A stretch of DNA of 63,259 nt, filler included, from Choristocarpus tenellus KU-1152 (lineage: Eukaryota > Protista > Phaeophyceae), in NCBI GenBank assembly GCA_964200185.2. It is 12 parts of 12 records of this genome, joined end to end, with 100 filler letters (N's around TTAATTAATTAA, not from the genome) between each part and the next. Parts side by side here need not be neighbours in the genome. Positions count along the whole stretch, not along the records: positions 26,680 to 30,616 come from CAXNAD020017048.1; positions 30,717 to 43,270 come from CAXNAD020001794.1; 10 more parts are not named here. One strand, 5' to 3'. The position numbers and the translations under genes are program-made. Shown here piece by piece: positions 27,075 through 39,405 of the stretch (positions within the stretch are counted from its first letter, which is position 1; every line of letters starts with the position of its first letter). The notes under the pieces are model-generated. The model was not told where the DNA came from. It saw nothing but the letters and a program-made list of their open reading frames with translations, and made no database searches.

Positions 27075-30000
27075 TTACCGGTCGCCTGACCCCCCTGGCC
27101 ACTGGAGGGAAGGGCACAACGGAAGAGCCTAAGGTAGTGCCTCATGATCTGATGTGCTACTGGAGGGAAGACCTCCAGGCGGATTGTGCAACGCTCAACA
27201 GGATGCTTATGTGGGTACTCTCATGGGCTGTGTACTTGTGGCTGTATTGAAGTCTCTGAAGTTGGTAGGTGAGGAAAGTACGACAGTGGTACTCCGATGG
27301 TACTTGAAGTAGTTATGCTATCCCTCTAGTTTTTTTAAAATGTATTTTGGAGAAGTAATGTTTACAGTGAGAGAAAGATTGCCTTTCATTTTTTATTTTT
27401 ATTTTTTTTTAGTGTGTACTCTAGAATACGGGGTATTTTTTTTAATTCATTTTGTTGCCTTTGTGTGGTATTTTTTTTTTGTATTTACAACAGTCTTGAA
27501 GTGATGTCGGTGAAATCAACTGCTTGTTATCGATCCATCGTGTCTACCTAGTATATGCATCACCTCTCTCTCACCTACTCACAGGGAAGCTGAACTGGAG
27601 ATTTCATACGCCTTCCTCAATATTGGAGAACTAGACTGTTGGAGAAAAGCGTATCCATTGAGAGGTGCTCTGCATACACCTGTGGTGGATGATACAAACC
27701 ACAACAGGGACAATGGTGTGGTGCACGAGAATGAGGAGAAGGGGGAAAGGATCGTTGAGGCTATAGCCCACATAGGGGTTGAGAAAGGCACGGGTAAGAA
27801 TATGAGCTCCATGTCATCATCTATGTCAAGCAGGGATAACATGGCAAGGGTGCTCTGGAGGTTTACTAATCTCAAGGTAGGAGACGAATGTCTTTGTTTC
27901 TAAGAGATCAGACTGGTAGTTATTCTTGTTCTGATATTTTTGGCAGGAGTAGAAAGAAAAAATATGCATTCAAAGGTAATAATGTTGTTAGTAAGATCGA
28001 TCATGTGTGACTAGTGTTTCGCAGCTACTACTACACATGTAAAATAATGTAGCCTGTATGGGACACAAAGCACACTATCCAGGCTAGGCTGCTGAAAGAC
28101 AAGGGGAGGGAGGGGGAGGAGAGGGACTTTTTTGCATGCAGACCTACCTGCCAACTATGAAGAGTACTCTATTGAATGGCCTTTGTTGTTGTCTATTTTT
28201 TTTACCCCATCAGAGATGGTGTACCAAACTCCATGTGGAATGTGGGTCAATATCTCTAGGTTTGTTGTCATATTAAAAAAAAATGAACTATTTATACCTG
28301 GGTTTTTTTGGATAATAAAGTCAGGGGTGAATTTTGTTCCTACGAGGGTGAGTCAGATTGCTCGCGGAAATCGCGCGCACAGCATAGAGCAGGTGTGATC
28401 CGACTGGTGTGAACTTGTCGTCCAACGAAAGAGAGAGAGAGAACAGCAGCGGTGGGTCCAAAGTCAATTGCATAGTAAGATTATTTTTGCTGATTCTGGT
28501 GCGAATCCTTTGTTCTCTGTGGTGCATAGGTTAGGGCATCTCTCGAATGGTCATGTCAAGGCTCTGTCACACTCCACTACACTGTTAAACATGACCCTCA
28601 GGCACCCCACCCCCCCTGTACATGAGATAATTTAGAAGTAGTGCACAATATTGACTGTCAGGTGATGTTGGAACACACAAGGCACAAAATAGGGAGCAGA
28701 CATATGAGACCAAGCAATGGCAGAAATGAGCTAGATAGAGTTGGTTTGAGCCAGTGCTAGTTTCAGTGAATGGTTTGTGTTGGTGGCATTTGGAATTGAT
28801 CCAAGACTGAAGGCTGGGTATGTATTTTATGCTTGTAATGTAAACATACAAAGTGCGTGATAGCAAACAAACATGGATGCCTTTGCCACAAATATAGTGA
28901 CACATTTAGACCTGGTTGGAGCAGGCACAGTCTACAGCCAAGGAGTCGGATAGTTTCTGAGTTGTGAGAACAGTGAGTAACCGGCCGAATCCCCTCCCTA
29001 AATTGAAGAAAAAGAGCATGCTAAGATTTGTAGTAAAGAGCCATTGGGCTTTGGGTGAGTACACGCATGAGAATGAGAGCTGGTACCGGTAACGCACATA
29101 ATGTGCATTAACAGGCGCTTTTCTTTTTTTTTATCACTCAATATATACTTTTCAACATCGCGTGAATGAACAGCATCCACAACCTCTGTTAGGGTCGCTT
29201 CAAATCTAATGAGCAGTGATGGTTGTGGTAGGACAAAGGAGAACACTTGTGCACAAATTATTTACACTTCTCCTATCTATCAGTTATAGATTAGTGCTGC
29301 CTTGGAAAGTTCACGACTGTATTTTACAGTTTCAAAGTACGTTTTTCTCCCATCTACCTTAATAGTGGTGACTCCAACGTACAAATTAGTTATAATTTTT
29401 TTTCTTATTTTCATCGCGCGTTACTGCATGGACGCGGAAATTGTCCAAACGAAACCTGTTGTTGAGGGGAGGTTTATTGGAGACAATAGCTCGTCCATCC
29501 AAGAAGGTTTTTCAACACTTTAGGAAGCGCTCGTGAGAAGAATATTGTAGCTTAGTTTTATCTCTCGTCTTCCTACTGCACCGATCGAATGAGGGGAACG
29601 TGAACGTATGAAATTTTGCTCTCCTCCTCCTGCCATGAAACCGCTCTGTTGTAATAGAGGTACAGTGGAATGATGCAGTGCGAGCAAAGCATCGGCACCA
29701 GTTGTTTCTATGTATGGAGTATGTGTGCGATCAAGCAAAGCACAGTGTACACCAATGGAGTACTTTTTTGTTTTGTTTTGACACTTGTTATTTTTGGCAT
29801 TTTATCTATTGAAGCTTACCGCCAAGCTATCTTCCAGTTCCCTCTCCAAAATGTAGTGCATGATGAAATACCCACAAAAGCTTGACACAAATTTTCCTTA
29901 ATTCTGATCAAGAACCTTTTTTTACACACGTCTCAATTGATATCCTTGACCTATATACAACTTATCCTCTTTCCTCCATACGCTTTGTGACCTCTTTCTG

Positions 30001-30144
30001 TCACTGTGCGATTGATCTCCAGGTTGCCTTGAAATCACAACGCACCCTTGTCCGTGAGAAGCAAAGGACCCTCACAGCAAGCGTGCGTAGGGCTGTAGAA
30101 AGTCAATGTAGGAGTCTAGACCAGCGGCGTCTTTGCCTCCTCAA
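27075..30144 (+). CDS. Internal part of an unknown gene (exons 27075-27210, 27585-27876, 30023-30144)
   Basis: Three open exons with phase-compatible GT-AG junctions: ...CATLNRMLM|EAELEISYAFLNIGELDCWRKAYP...WRFTNLK|VALKSQRTLVREKQ... Confidence 0.65.
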
Positions 30145-30716
30145 GTAAAGAAATTACTCTTTCTTGTACCTGATTTGGAGGGGGTCAGAGGTGTCGGAAC
30201 TGGACGTATATGTACTAAGAACAGTGTAGTTTTGTACATATCTTTCTGATATTGTGCTTGTGATTGAGGAGTATGTGGAGACTTATCAAATCAGAATTGA
30301 TACTATTGTTTATACTGTTGGATTGTGAGATAGTGGCGATGAGGGATCGAGGAATGTGGGGGAGGTGGTGCCTTCGTGCCTGGAGTAGGTAGTAGAGACA
30401 CCGTTTTTTGAGGCACATAATATGTCTGGTGTGGCAAGAAGAGGAGAGTGGAGAGAGCTCGCCTTACGATGAAGTCGTCAGTGGTGGGAGGTCATTGATA
30501 AAATGTATTGTGGGCTGTGTGTTCATATTCAACGTTCGGGAGGGTACAATTTGTTAAAGTATCCCCAAAATCATCAAAGAGGATAAAGGTGATAAACCCG
30601 GCGAGATTGCTTGGTGNNNNNNNNNNNNNNNNNNNNNNNNNNNNNNNNNNNNNNNNNNNNTTAATTAATTAANNNNNNNNNNNNNNNNNNNNNNNNNNNN
30701 NNNNNNNNNNNNNNNN

Positions 30717-30827
30717 TTTGCTTTCAAGAATTGTATGGATAATGTAAGTGCATATTTCCTGGTCAGGGCCAAATGAACATCCTAGTGTAGTCCCCCCCCC
30801 CCCCCGCACACACACATCCTTTGAGCC
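30717..30827 (+). mobile_element. MITE family B, partial; further termini at ~26730-26758, 43252, 60491 and 63229
   Basis: GGATAATGTAAGTGCA...GGCC.AAT..ACA.CCT.GTGTAG shared with 6350-6527; GGGTCAAAGTATCTGGGG ends. Confidence 0.7.
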
Positions 30828-31048
30828 AAACCTTTGTACTTACGTTTTGGTATTGTGGTAGCATAGTATGAGCAACCAGTCAACAGCTAGTCTATATTAC
30901 TGCAACAATGCAAGGAATCTTTGAGTTGTGAACTAAATTGTTTGGTGATATATTTATACTCATAACATCTGGTATTCCAGAACGTCTCCATTGATTTAAT
31001 GATATTGAACCTGAAAAATCCCAAAAATGTTTTTGGTCTTGTTGGTCA

Positions 31049-31306
31049 GAGTCAAAGTATCTTAGAGGGTAGAGCCACGTCCATTTGGGGGCAAAATTCC
31101 AATGCTGCAATCTCATTGTAATTTTGGCTATCATGTTTGTTAGGAAGTGTCAATATCCTTGTTCCAGACATACCTTTTCATGAAGTATATATTTTACCTA
31201 CTCTGAAATATTTTGAAGTAGGAAAATGTCATAAAACCTCCAAGGGAAGCCAAGCCCCAAATGGATAAACAGGGCAAAACTTGTACCTTCTAAGATACTC
31301 TCACTC
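31049..31306 (+). mobile_element. MITE family A, complete
   Basis: TIR GAGTCAAAGTATCTTAGAGGGTA / TACCTTCTAAGATACTCTCACTC; flanks share TCA. Confidence 0.9.
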
Positions 31307-31683
31307 TCAGAATGTTGGAACTGTATCTCTCCGTAGCAATCAAAATTTTGCCTGGTCATGCCGAGGAATTTTCTGTCTTCTTCATGTGCTCAACAATGGC
31401 ACAAAGCTCCCTGGCATATACACTGTATCCCTCTCATAAATTTCGATCTTTCAATTTGTGATCTCCTTTGAGTATATGCTTACCCCCCCCTAAATGTATT
31501 ACACAGAGCAAAACATTGGACATACTTTGTTAAAGTCTTGAACCTAACTCTCCTTTAAATGATACAAAACTGAAAGTATCAATTTTGGTTCAATTCTAGC
31601 AGTTTGTCATAACTGATCAATCACCTGAAGGTTTTCGGTAAGCTCAGTCTGTTTGGTTGGGTAGGCTAGACATGCTTAAACAA

Positions 31684-31938
31684 AAGCTAAAGTATCGTAG
31701 AGGGTAGAGCCGCGTCCATTTGTGGATGACAATCCAATGTTGCGATTTTGATGTAGTTTTGGCTATCATGTTTGTTAGAAAGTGTCAATATCCTTGTTCC
31801 GGACACACCTTTTCATAACACATTTTACCTACCTGAAATATTTTTGAGTAGGAAAATGTCATTAATAAAACCCATGGAAAGCCAAGCCACAAACGGACAA
31901 ACAGGGAAAAAATTGTACCCTCTAAGATACTTCCACTC
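31684..31938 (+). mobile_element. MITE family A, diverged copy
   Basis: Same TIR and body; no clear TSD. Confidence 0.85.
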
Positions 31939-32329
31939 TCCAAGTGTTTTTGAATCGATTCAGGTTTCACCTCTTCTCTTTTGTCATTTTGATTTGGGAC
32001 TTGGATGTTTGTGCTCTCTTTCGACCTGCTGATTATCATAGCTCACAAAACAGGCGAAAGAGGGGGGTGGTCGTTGTTAGGGCAGGGGGTAACAACGGCA
32101 ACCAACCACTACTCAAGTACGTAAACATACGTTCGTGATGTTTACTGTAATGACATTACTCGAGTATTGTGCATTGTCATCTCCATACATTCCTACATGC
32201 GTACAGAAGATACTGTGGGAGTTTTTTTTTTCGTTTTTGCTGCAGGTGTCAACACGAACAAACATGAACGACCAATGCAATCAACTGCATGGATGCCGTC
32301 TATACAAAACTGCTCATGATCAGGACCAA

Positions 32330-32425
32330 ACCTAGCCCAAATCCTAGCTCTGGCCGTATCCCTAGCCATAGCCCTAGCCCAAACCCTAGCGGTAGGCGTA
32401 GCCCCAGCCGTAGCTCTAGACCTTA
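32330..32425. repeat. Degenerate CCCTAG/CCCTAA-like hexamer array
   Basis: 6-bp periodicity: CCTAGCCCAAATCCTAG...CCCTAGCCATAGCCCTAGCCCAAACCCTAG. Confidence 0.7.
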
Positions 32426-32464
32426 GCTGGAGGTCATCAATCGAATCAAATCCACACTGCAGGG

Positions 32465-32518
32465 GTACTGATATCGATACTGATATCAGTACTGATATCG
32501 ATACTGATATCAGTACTG
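32465..32518. repeat. Quasi-palindromic 12-bp tandem array ACTGATATC(GAT/AGT)
   Basis: Four alternating units; contains the palindrome TACTGATATCAGTA twice. Confidence 0.85.
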
Positions 32519-34072
32519 TTAATGATACTGATAACTATATGTTAATGATAACTATATGTATTGTGCAGGTCTGAGTTTCTACACCGTTCTTGGCTCCCTT
32601 GAGTCACATTATGTGGTAAATAAGAGTTCTAAACAATGCTAGTTAACCTTGGGGACACATCATGGTATACATACCAGTAAGAAGTGTTCTATACCGTGAG
32701 TTAGTAGCTACATGTCTGCCTGGCTCACATGGTGTATATGAGGTAAAGTGTATGCTCCAAAAAAGGCATCATGCTTTGAGTTAGAATTGTATCATAGTGA
32801 ACACCTTACAAGTTTCTTCATTACGATCAAATTGATCACTGTTCTCTGTTCTAAATGATCATGCTGCAAGGTACCCTTTGCAGTGGACTTACCACCTGAC
32901 CAGCTGGCACTTTTGGCGTCCAGTCTGGAGCTACGTGGCTTCTTAAGGCCTGGCGGGTGATATGTCTTGAAGTCCCTACAGCTCTAAGAAATACGAAATG
33001 GAGAGTTGATGATGGGGTCTATTGTTAATCCGCCACATCTTCAGATGTAGCAGGCAAACAAAGTGGCAATAGAGTCAGTATTGGATGCACTCTGCAGGTC
33101 TGCATACATGATGTGATGTTGCACATCGTTATTGTCTTCTTCTGCCAATCAACCCTATATACCCCAAACACATTGTCACTCATGTATCTTGATGCCATGA
33201 CTAGTTCTCCCAACACTAATCAATCAGCCTAATCAAATGACTAAGTGTCAAACCTGAGAAACGCTGTAATATAAACACAACAAGGTATCATTGTAAACAT
33301 TATATGTGACTCTGAACTACACAATAATTCCCAAATCTCATCAACTCCTCCATGACTCACAGGTTTGTATTAAAATAATTCTCTTTCATCTATTAAAAGA
33401 TCCAACAGAACCCTCACTAGGCAAGGCGACACTCTACTTGACAGAAAAGTGTGTCATGAGTGTAATAGACACAAAAAAGACCATTTTGTACATTTCTTAG
33501 TAGAAAAAGAGAAAAATCTATTTTGTATCGTTCCAATCCCTCTATTTCGTTCTTCTTTAGTAACTTCAAACCCCCACAGCCTTGCTACCTTACGGCTAGG
33601 GTTAATCACGCCTCTATCCATATCGTCAAAGGTTTGTTTTTCGCAGGGGTCAAAAGATTTGGGGGGAGGCATACATCATGTTCACGGGATCAGCAGATGA
33701 GACAGGCGAGGAAGACGATGGAGATCGGTTGATAAGGTATGTTCTAGAGCAAGTCGTTGTTGGGGTTGTTGCTGGGGTCTCACAAGAAACTTCAAGGGTC
33801 TGGGTAGGAGCTGAAACCTTTGCTCCTCACTGGTTATTCTCTTGGTTCTTTTGATTACCACTTATTTCATGAGATTGAAATGGCATCATTATGCATCCAT
33901 CAAAGGGCTGAATATTTAAGCTAGGAATTTGAAATGTGCTTGGGCAAGTAATAGTTGCTGGTGATTGACTAGTCGGTTTGCCCTGCTTGTGTTGCCATGA
34001 GAGGCAATAATAGTACGTTTTTCTTATAGAGTTGTTAAGCTTATCCGGTCATGTATCCCTTGCCAGTGTAAT

Positions 34073-34329
34073 GACTCAAAGTATCTTACGGTTAGGGTAG
34101 AGGCGTGTCCGTTTGGGGGCCAAAATCCAATGTTGCAATTTTGATGAGATTATATATATATTGTATTTGTTAGCAAGTGTCAGTATCCTTGTTCCGGACA
34201 CACCTTTTCATAATGAATAAATTAAAACTACTCCAAATCATTTTGGAGTAGATAACTATAAACCCTTGGGAAGCCAAGCCCCGATAAAAAAAACAGGGCA
34301 AACCTTTTACCCTCTAGATACTTTCCCTC
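34073..34329 (+). mobile_element. MITE family A, complete, TSD TAAT
   Basis: TAAT|GACTCAAAGTATCT...AGATACTTTCCCTC|TAAT. Confidence 0.9.
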
Positions 34330-35833
34330 TAATATACGTTTCATTTCTCTTTTTTACAATCAAAACTGAACGGTTTTCTAGAGTGCTCTTAGCATGATGA
34401 ACAGTGAAAGCAATACAACACCAGTGATTATTGTCTGATCTTGATCTCCCTATCGAGTCTGCCAAAGTCAACTCTTATCTGTACAATTTGAGTTCTACTA
34501 CAAGCCACTCGTGTTAGAATATTGTACTCTCCATTTCAATCCTGAGGCAGGGAAGGTGACTTCTTTGGTGAGAGTCCCTTGAGTGTGGAGTCTGGTGAAC
34601 AAGATGGTGTCATGACAACCACAGTAATACTAAGGACTTCCCCCTGTGAAGTCCTGGTCCTTCCCTCGAGGTGATGAGGTACTAGTACGAGGATTGCAAT
34701 GGTAATTGTCGGATTTGATAATGGAGACAATGGTAACACAAAACACTTTCTCTTTGAGTTGCTGTTTTCTACAACCCTTCAACTGAAGTGAGGTGGAAAC
34801 TATATGTAGGTTCCCTCGTAACTTTTAACCTTGGCATATTCTTCTTAAGAATTGATTGGTGTGATTTTGATGTTATCTGTAATGTGTTGGGGGTTCGATT
34901 TTCTGCTACGCTGAGAATAATTAGATTGCAAAAAAATTACTATGAAGTGAAAATAAATGTTCACTTGCGTCAAAATCGACACGTACGTTCGATACAAACA
35001 GGATATTTTGGAGGCGTGTACGCTGTGGGCGTGTGGTGTACAGAGTAACTGAAAATCGATTGTTGAAGCATTCAATACAGAATGTTTTTTTCTAAATTTT
35101 GTTTGTGTGCAATAGATTTTTCTGCACCTCACTTTGTTCCTTTGACATTCCAACATATGATTATCTCTTACTCTTGCCCAAGCTATTTTTTGTGGTCAAG
35201 GCCTTTACACCCTTTCAGATATTGTTCTTTCCACCCCTTAAACCGTAATTTCACAGTGTTTACCAGCGTCTACAAGGATTTTTCAGGGAGAAAACTAAGG
35301 GAAAGGCCTTAGCTATATTCAGGAAGGTGATGCAAAAGCCACTTGTACAGAATGTTTTTGTTGTTCATGCACACAATACAAACAAGTCGGGTAATTGTGC
35401 TTCACAAGAACCCAACCCTTGGGTGGGAACAATACAGTTTGCTGTGATCTAACCCTACTTTGGTGGAATAGAACACACCTGCCGTTTTTATTCACTTTTG
35501 TTGAGATCAGCCCTAGAGGTTATCTCTAGTGTCCATTTAAGCTGTAGTCCTCAGGAGAAAACTATGTTACCAGCAAAAACACGTTTTCCCTATATGGCAC
35601 CACTTTCAAATCAAAATAGATGTGGTGTGTAGATAATTGTATTTTCCATGTAAATTGGAAGCCTAGATGGGATGACCTGGGATCGTGTTGTGCCCCAAAT
35701 ATCTCACTCTTGCCATTTTATTGGACTTGAGGTGATGGCATTGATGTATGAGTTTACAGGATTGGTGGGAAAGAGATGACTGTAGCTGATCGTTTTGTTC
35801 CTTGGCTCGCTCGTTGTGCACTAGTTGTTCCAG

Positions 35834-36541
35834 TGCAGTTGCTCTACGAGGGAACAGAAAAGAGGAAGTGGCATCGTTTTATGTTCAAAAGTGGAGGGTT
35901 GATGATGAGAAAAATAGAGAGGGATTTCAGAAACTTATAGACATGGGACCCTTGTATGGTGTATTGTTTTTCACTGTCCCGTATGAAGTGAGTCATGACC
36001 CCTAATTCTAATCTAACCCAACAACCCTGCGAACAAGAAGATATTCCACAATATGCCAGAGAGCACAAGCGTTGAGCTTGCAGGATTATGCTCCTTCAAG
36101 AAGCTTCACGTCAACCAGCCTTTGGCTTCTAGGGGGAAGATTGCATGCAGCGGATTTTTCGTGGTCAGAGGAGAGTATATGCGTTCTGGAGATGATACAT
36201 CCACACAAAATCTTGACAGAAGAGCACCAAGCTCAGAACACTATGGACCAGGGCACATCATTGGGTGGTAAGTGCATGTGTGGGAAGGGCCACATAATAT
36301 AACTGCATGGTTTTCTTTGTTACAAGTGTGTTAGGGAGAGGGTATTTTAAAATCCCTCCAACTTGACTTGATACGAATGCGGGGATGTGAGGGTACTACT
36401 ATGTATATATTTGCTTAAGACATCATTGTGTCCTCATCCCTTATAGCAGTCACAGCCTGCCTTCTTCTTTTTTATCACCTCCGTATAGGTGATACAATAA
36501 ATGTACTCTTTCCTGCACATGACACAAATCCTCTATCCTGA
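35834..36541 (+). CDS. Unknown spliced gene or pseudogene fragment (exons ~35834-35987, 36084-36267, 36489-36541)
   Basis: Strong donors GTGAGT and GTAAGT with phase-compatible acceptors; no recognisable domain. Confidence 0.45.
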
Positions 36542-37264
36542 ACTGCTGGCTTTCCTCAGGAGGATGTCAATATTGATAATGTAGCTAAGAAAAAAATATC
36601 CAACGATAAAATTTGGAATGTAAAGATTTCAAAATCAATATTGAGGTGGTAGAGATATTGCATAGCAATTTAACCATAGTTGCTTATTGCGACATAGAAG
36701 CCATTCCTATGATGTAGGATGTTACACTGCTTGTTCCTTATCCTGCTGAATCTAAGAGTATTATTCGAAAAAGCAAGACCAGAGCCTGATCTTCTCTCCT
36801 ATTCCCTCGTAGGCAGTACCTTCTCACCGGGGTCAACTCTCCCACGAAGATCTGGTCACCAGCAAGGTCCATTAATTATGAGGTGACACATAATTTAGTC
36901 CTGGGCATGTGATTATGCCTGCTATGCACTTCAAGGTTGGCAGTGGATCTCACCTTGAGAAGAACATTTATTGACTGCGCGGAAACTGTTGAGCAACTAA
37001 CACGGTCTGGAATATCTGGATTGAGACTATTCTGTACAGGGGCAGTCAAGAAATCATGTGGGATACATTATTGAATACATTAGGGTAGAGTACTTCCCAC
37101 AGTGGTAGTGTTATAAGAGGGCGACAACTTCTGTCGTGCACACTAGTTGCAGTGTACTCACTATACAGGCATTCCATAAACAAATGCCAAAATCAAGCTG
37201 GTTGGTCAGACAATAAAAATTGACAAGCCAAACATGTGGGAGCACCTTCACATTAATGATCAGC

Positions 37265-37521
37265 GAGTCAAAGTATCTTAGAGGGTAGGGCCTTGTCCAT
37301 TTGGGGGCCAAAATCCAATGTTGCGATTTTGATGTAATTTTGACTATCGTGTTTGTTGGGAAGTGTCAATATCCTTGTTCCAGACACACCTTTTATATGT
37401 AGTATACATTTTACCTACTCCGAAACATTATGGAGTAGGAAAATGTAATAAATATACTCCATGGGAAGTCAAGCACCAAATGGACAAGCAGGGACTCGTA
37501 CCCTCTAAGATACTTCCACTC
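37265..37521 (+). mobile_element. MITE family A, complete, TSD CAGC
   Basis: CAGC|GAGTCAAAGTATCT...AGATACTTCCACTC|CAGC. Confidence 0.92.
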
Positions 37522-39367
37522 CAGCGTCAAGACCTCATATCAAAGATTGTCATTTCTTAGAATGCAATAAAATCATCTAAAAAAGGTCTGGAGAGAAGGA
37601 TTTGCTGCCATGACTCCCTCATGGGTGTTGGTTGTGCGAAGAGAGTACGTTTTGTACAACATGTCAACCAAGGCCATCTCAGGTTTAAGGTGAGGACAGC
37701 TTTAGCATCCTGGGATTTAGTTGTGTACATGAACAGTTAGTTGAATATTTTTGGCCTTAATTCAAATCAATATGGTTATCAGGAGAGTGATGTAGAGGAT
37801 GTAATACTCTACCATTCTTGTTGAATGATTATCTGTGCTCGTTATACTGGGAAATAAAGAGGGAAACACGACAACCAAGAGAGAAGACTTGCACCTCAAC
37901 TTTTCCCCATATTGGTCATGCAGTTGGTGTTTCCGAAAAGGAATTGAAGTTTTGCTGAACTATTGATCATCCAAGATCTAAGCTTGGTCAAAGTATTGTT
38001 GTCAGCTTTCAACTCTGAAAATTTCATACACGTCCAGTCAATGAAAATTTAGAAATTCCAGCCCAGTGAGATGTACCTGCCTGCAGAAATTTGTCCCACT
38101 TGGTCTTCATATCCAAACATGAAACCAGTGTAACCACCTGGAATATGAGACAGTGTTCCTTTACCATAGCTTGCCCCATTGCCATGCTGTGATGTTCAGT
38201 AAATTTAAAATTCCTAGTCCCCATTTGTTCAATTCCGTTATGCAGGGAATACATCAACTTGATGTATGGGCCTATTCCAGACATGTTATTCACCACCCCC
38301 AACCGTCTTGGTGAGTAGCGAAGGCTCATATCTTTATTTTGTTTTCTTGACCATCTTTTTGTTCTTTGACATGAAACAAATCATGCAAACGAATTGGCAA
38401 TTGTCAACATTAGTAGCGGACTTCTTAAGGCAATTGTCAACATTCCTCCAGTCATATTACTGTAGGATGTGGTTTTATTGTTGTGCACCTGCAGCTTAAC
38501 ATGCATATCTATCCACCTCCATGCGCTCCTCATTATGAGGTGGGGATACACAAAGTCGATTTTCAAGGTTGAAATACTTTCAAGAAGTGTTTTCCCAACT
38601 CTCTTCTCCTTTGAACAACTCTGCAATGTTGATGGAGGATTAAAATTGTCACAGAGTGGAAGTGAACTGATGATGGACTTCTGGAAAATCCCTTATGAAA
38701 TCAAAAGATAAGCATCAAGAGAAATGCAAGGGAATGGAGGGGATGAACCGAGGGGAAACAAGAAATGGTGTACTTGCTGTTTGCAATGATGATGTACTGT
38801 TAATGGCACAGCATCAAAGGGTTCAGGGAGGAGTCAAAAGGTGATGTTGGGGTTTGTATGGAAATGCCAACAATGTATTATCTGGAGTAATGCTTGAGGG
38901 GTTAGAGGGGCTTAGCAGGTGATTGTGGTCTTATTTCTTGTCCAAAAATAGTAGAGTATCTTTTTAGTAGTAAAATACCCCTTCCTCTACTACTCTTTAT
39001 GTAGTCAAGGTTTTGTATCTATCGCAATTATAGAGCGAAAATGTACTCTATAGTTGCAGCAAAGTTGGGTATTGGGTGATGGCTTCAAATTGAGCTTGGT
39101 CCTAGGCAGTATCCACAAGGGTATTTGATTTTCACCCGCAATGAAATATATCTGCTCCTGCGCCACCAAATGTGTCTTCAACATTTGACTATCAACCACA
39201 AAATGGGTGAAGAACAAATAATATGGAATTGAGGTATGGACCTTTAACCATAATTGAACTATGGGCTCTGAAGAAAATTGGCATTATTGCTGGCATTTGA
39301 TAGAGTAGTGGGTTTTTCTAATAGAAAAAATAGGCTTGGCAGTACCTCCCTGAAATTAGAGTCTGGG

Positions 39368-39405
39368 AGGGTTAGGGATAGGGATAGGGTTAGGGTTAGG
39401 GTTAG
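39368..39405 (+). repeat. Interstitial telomere-like (TTAGGG)n/(ATAGGG)n array
   Basis: GGGTTAGGGATAGGGATAGGGTTAGGGTTAGGGTTAGG. Confidence 0.85.

Noticed and set aside
28343-29535. Mariner-like element bounded by TACGAGGG...CGCTCGTG
   Set aside because: Terminal match is too short and no transposase motifs were seen
9028-36541. One giant plus-strand gene with the WD40 gene nested in an intron
   Set aside because: The exon sets lie on different contigs separated by artificial spacers; adjacency is unsupported
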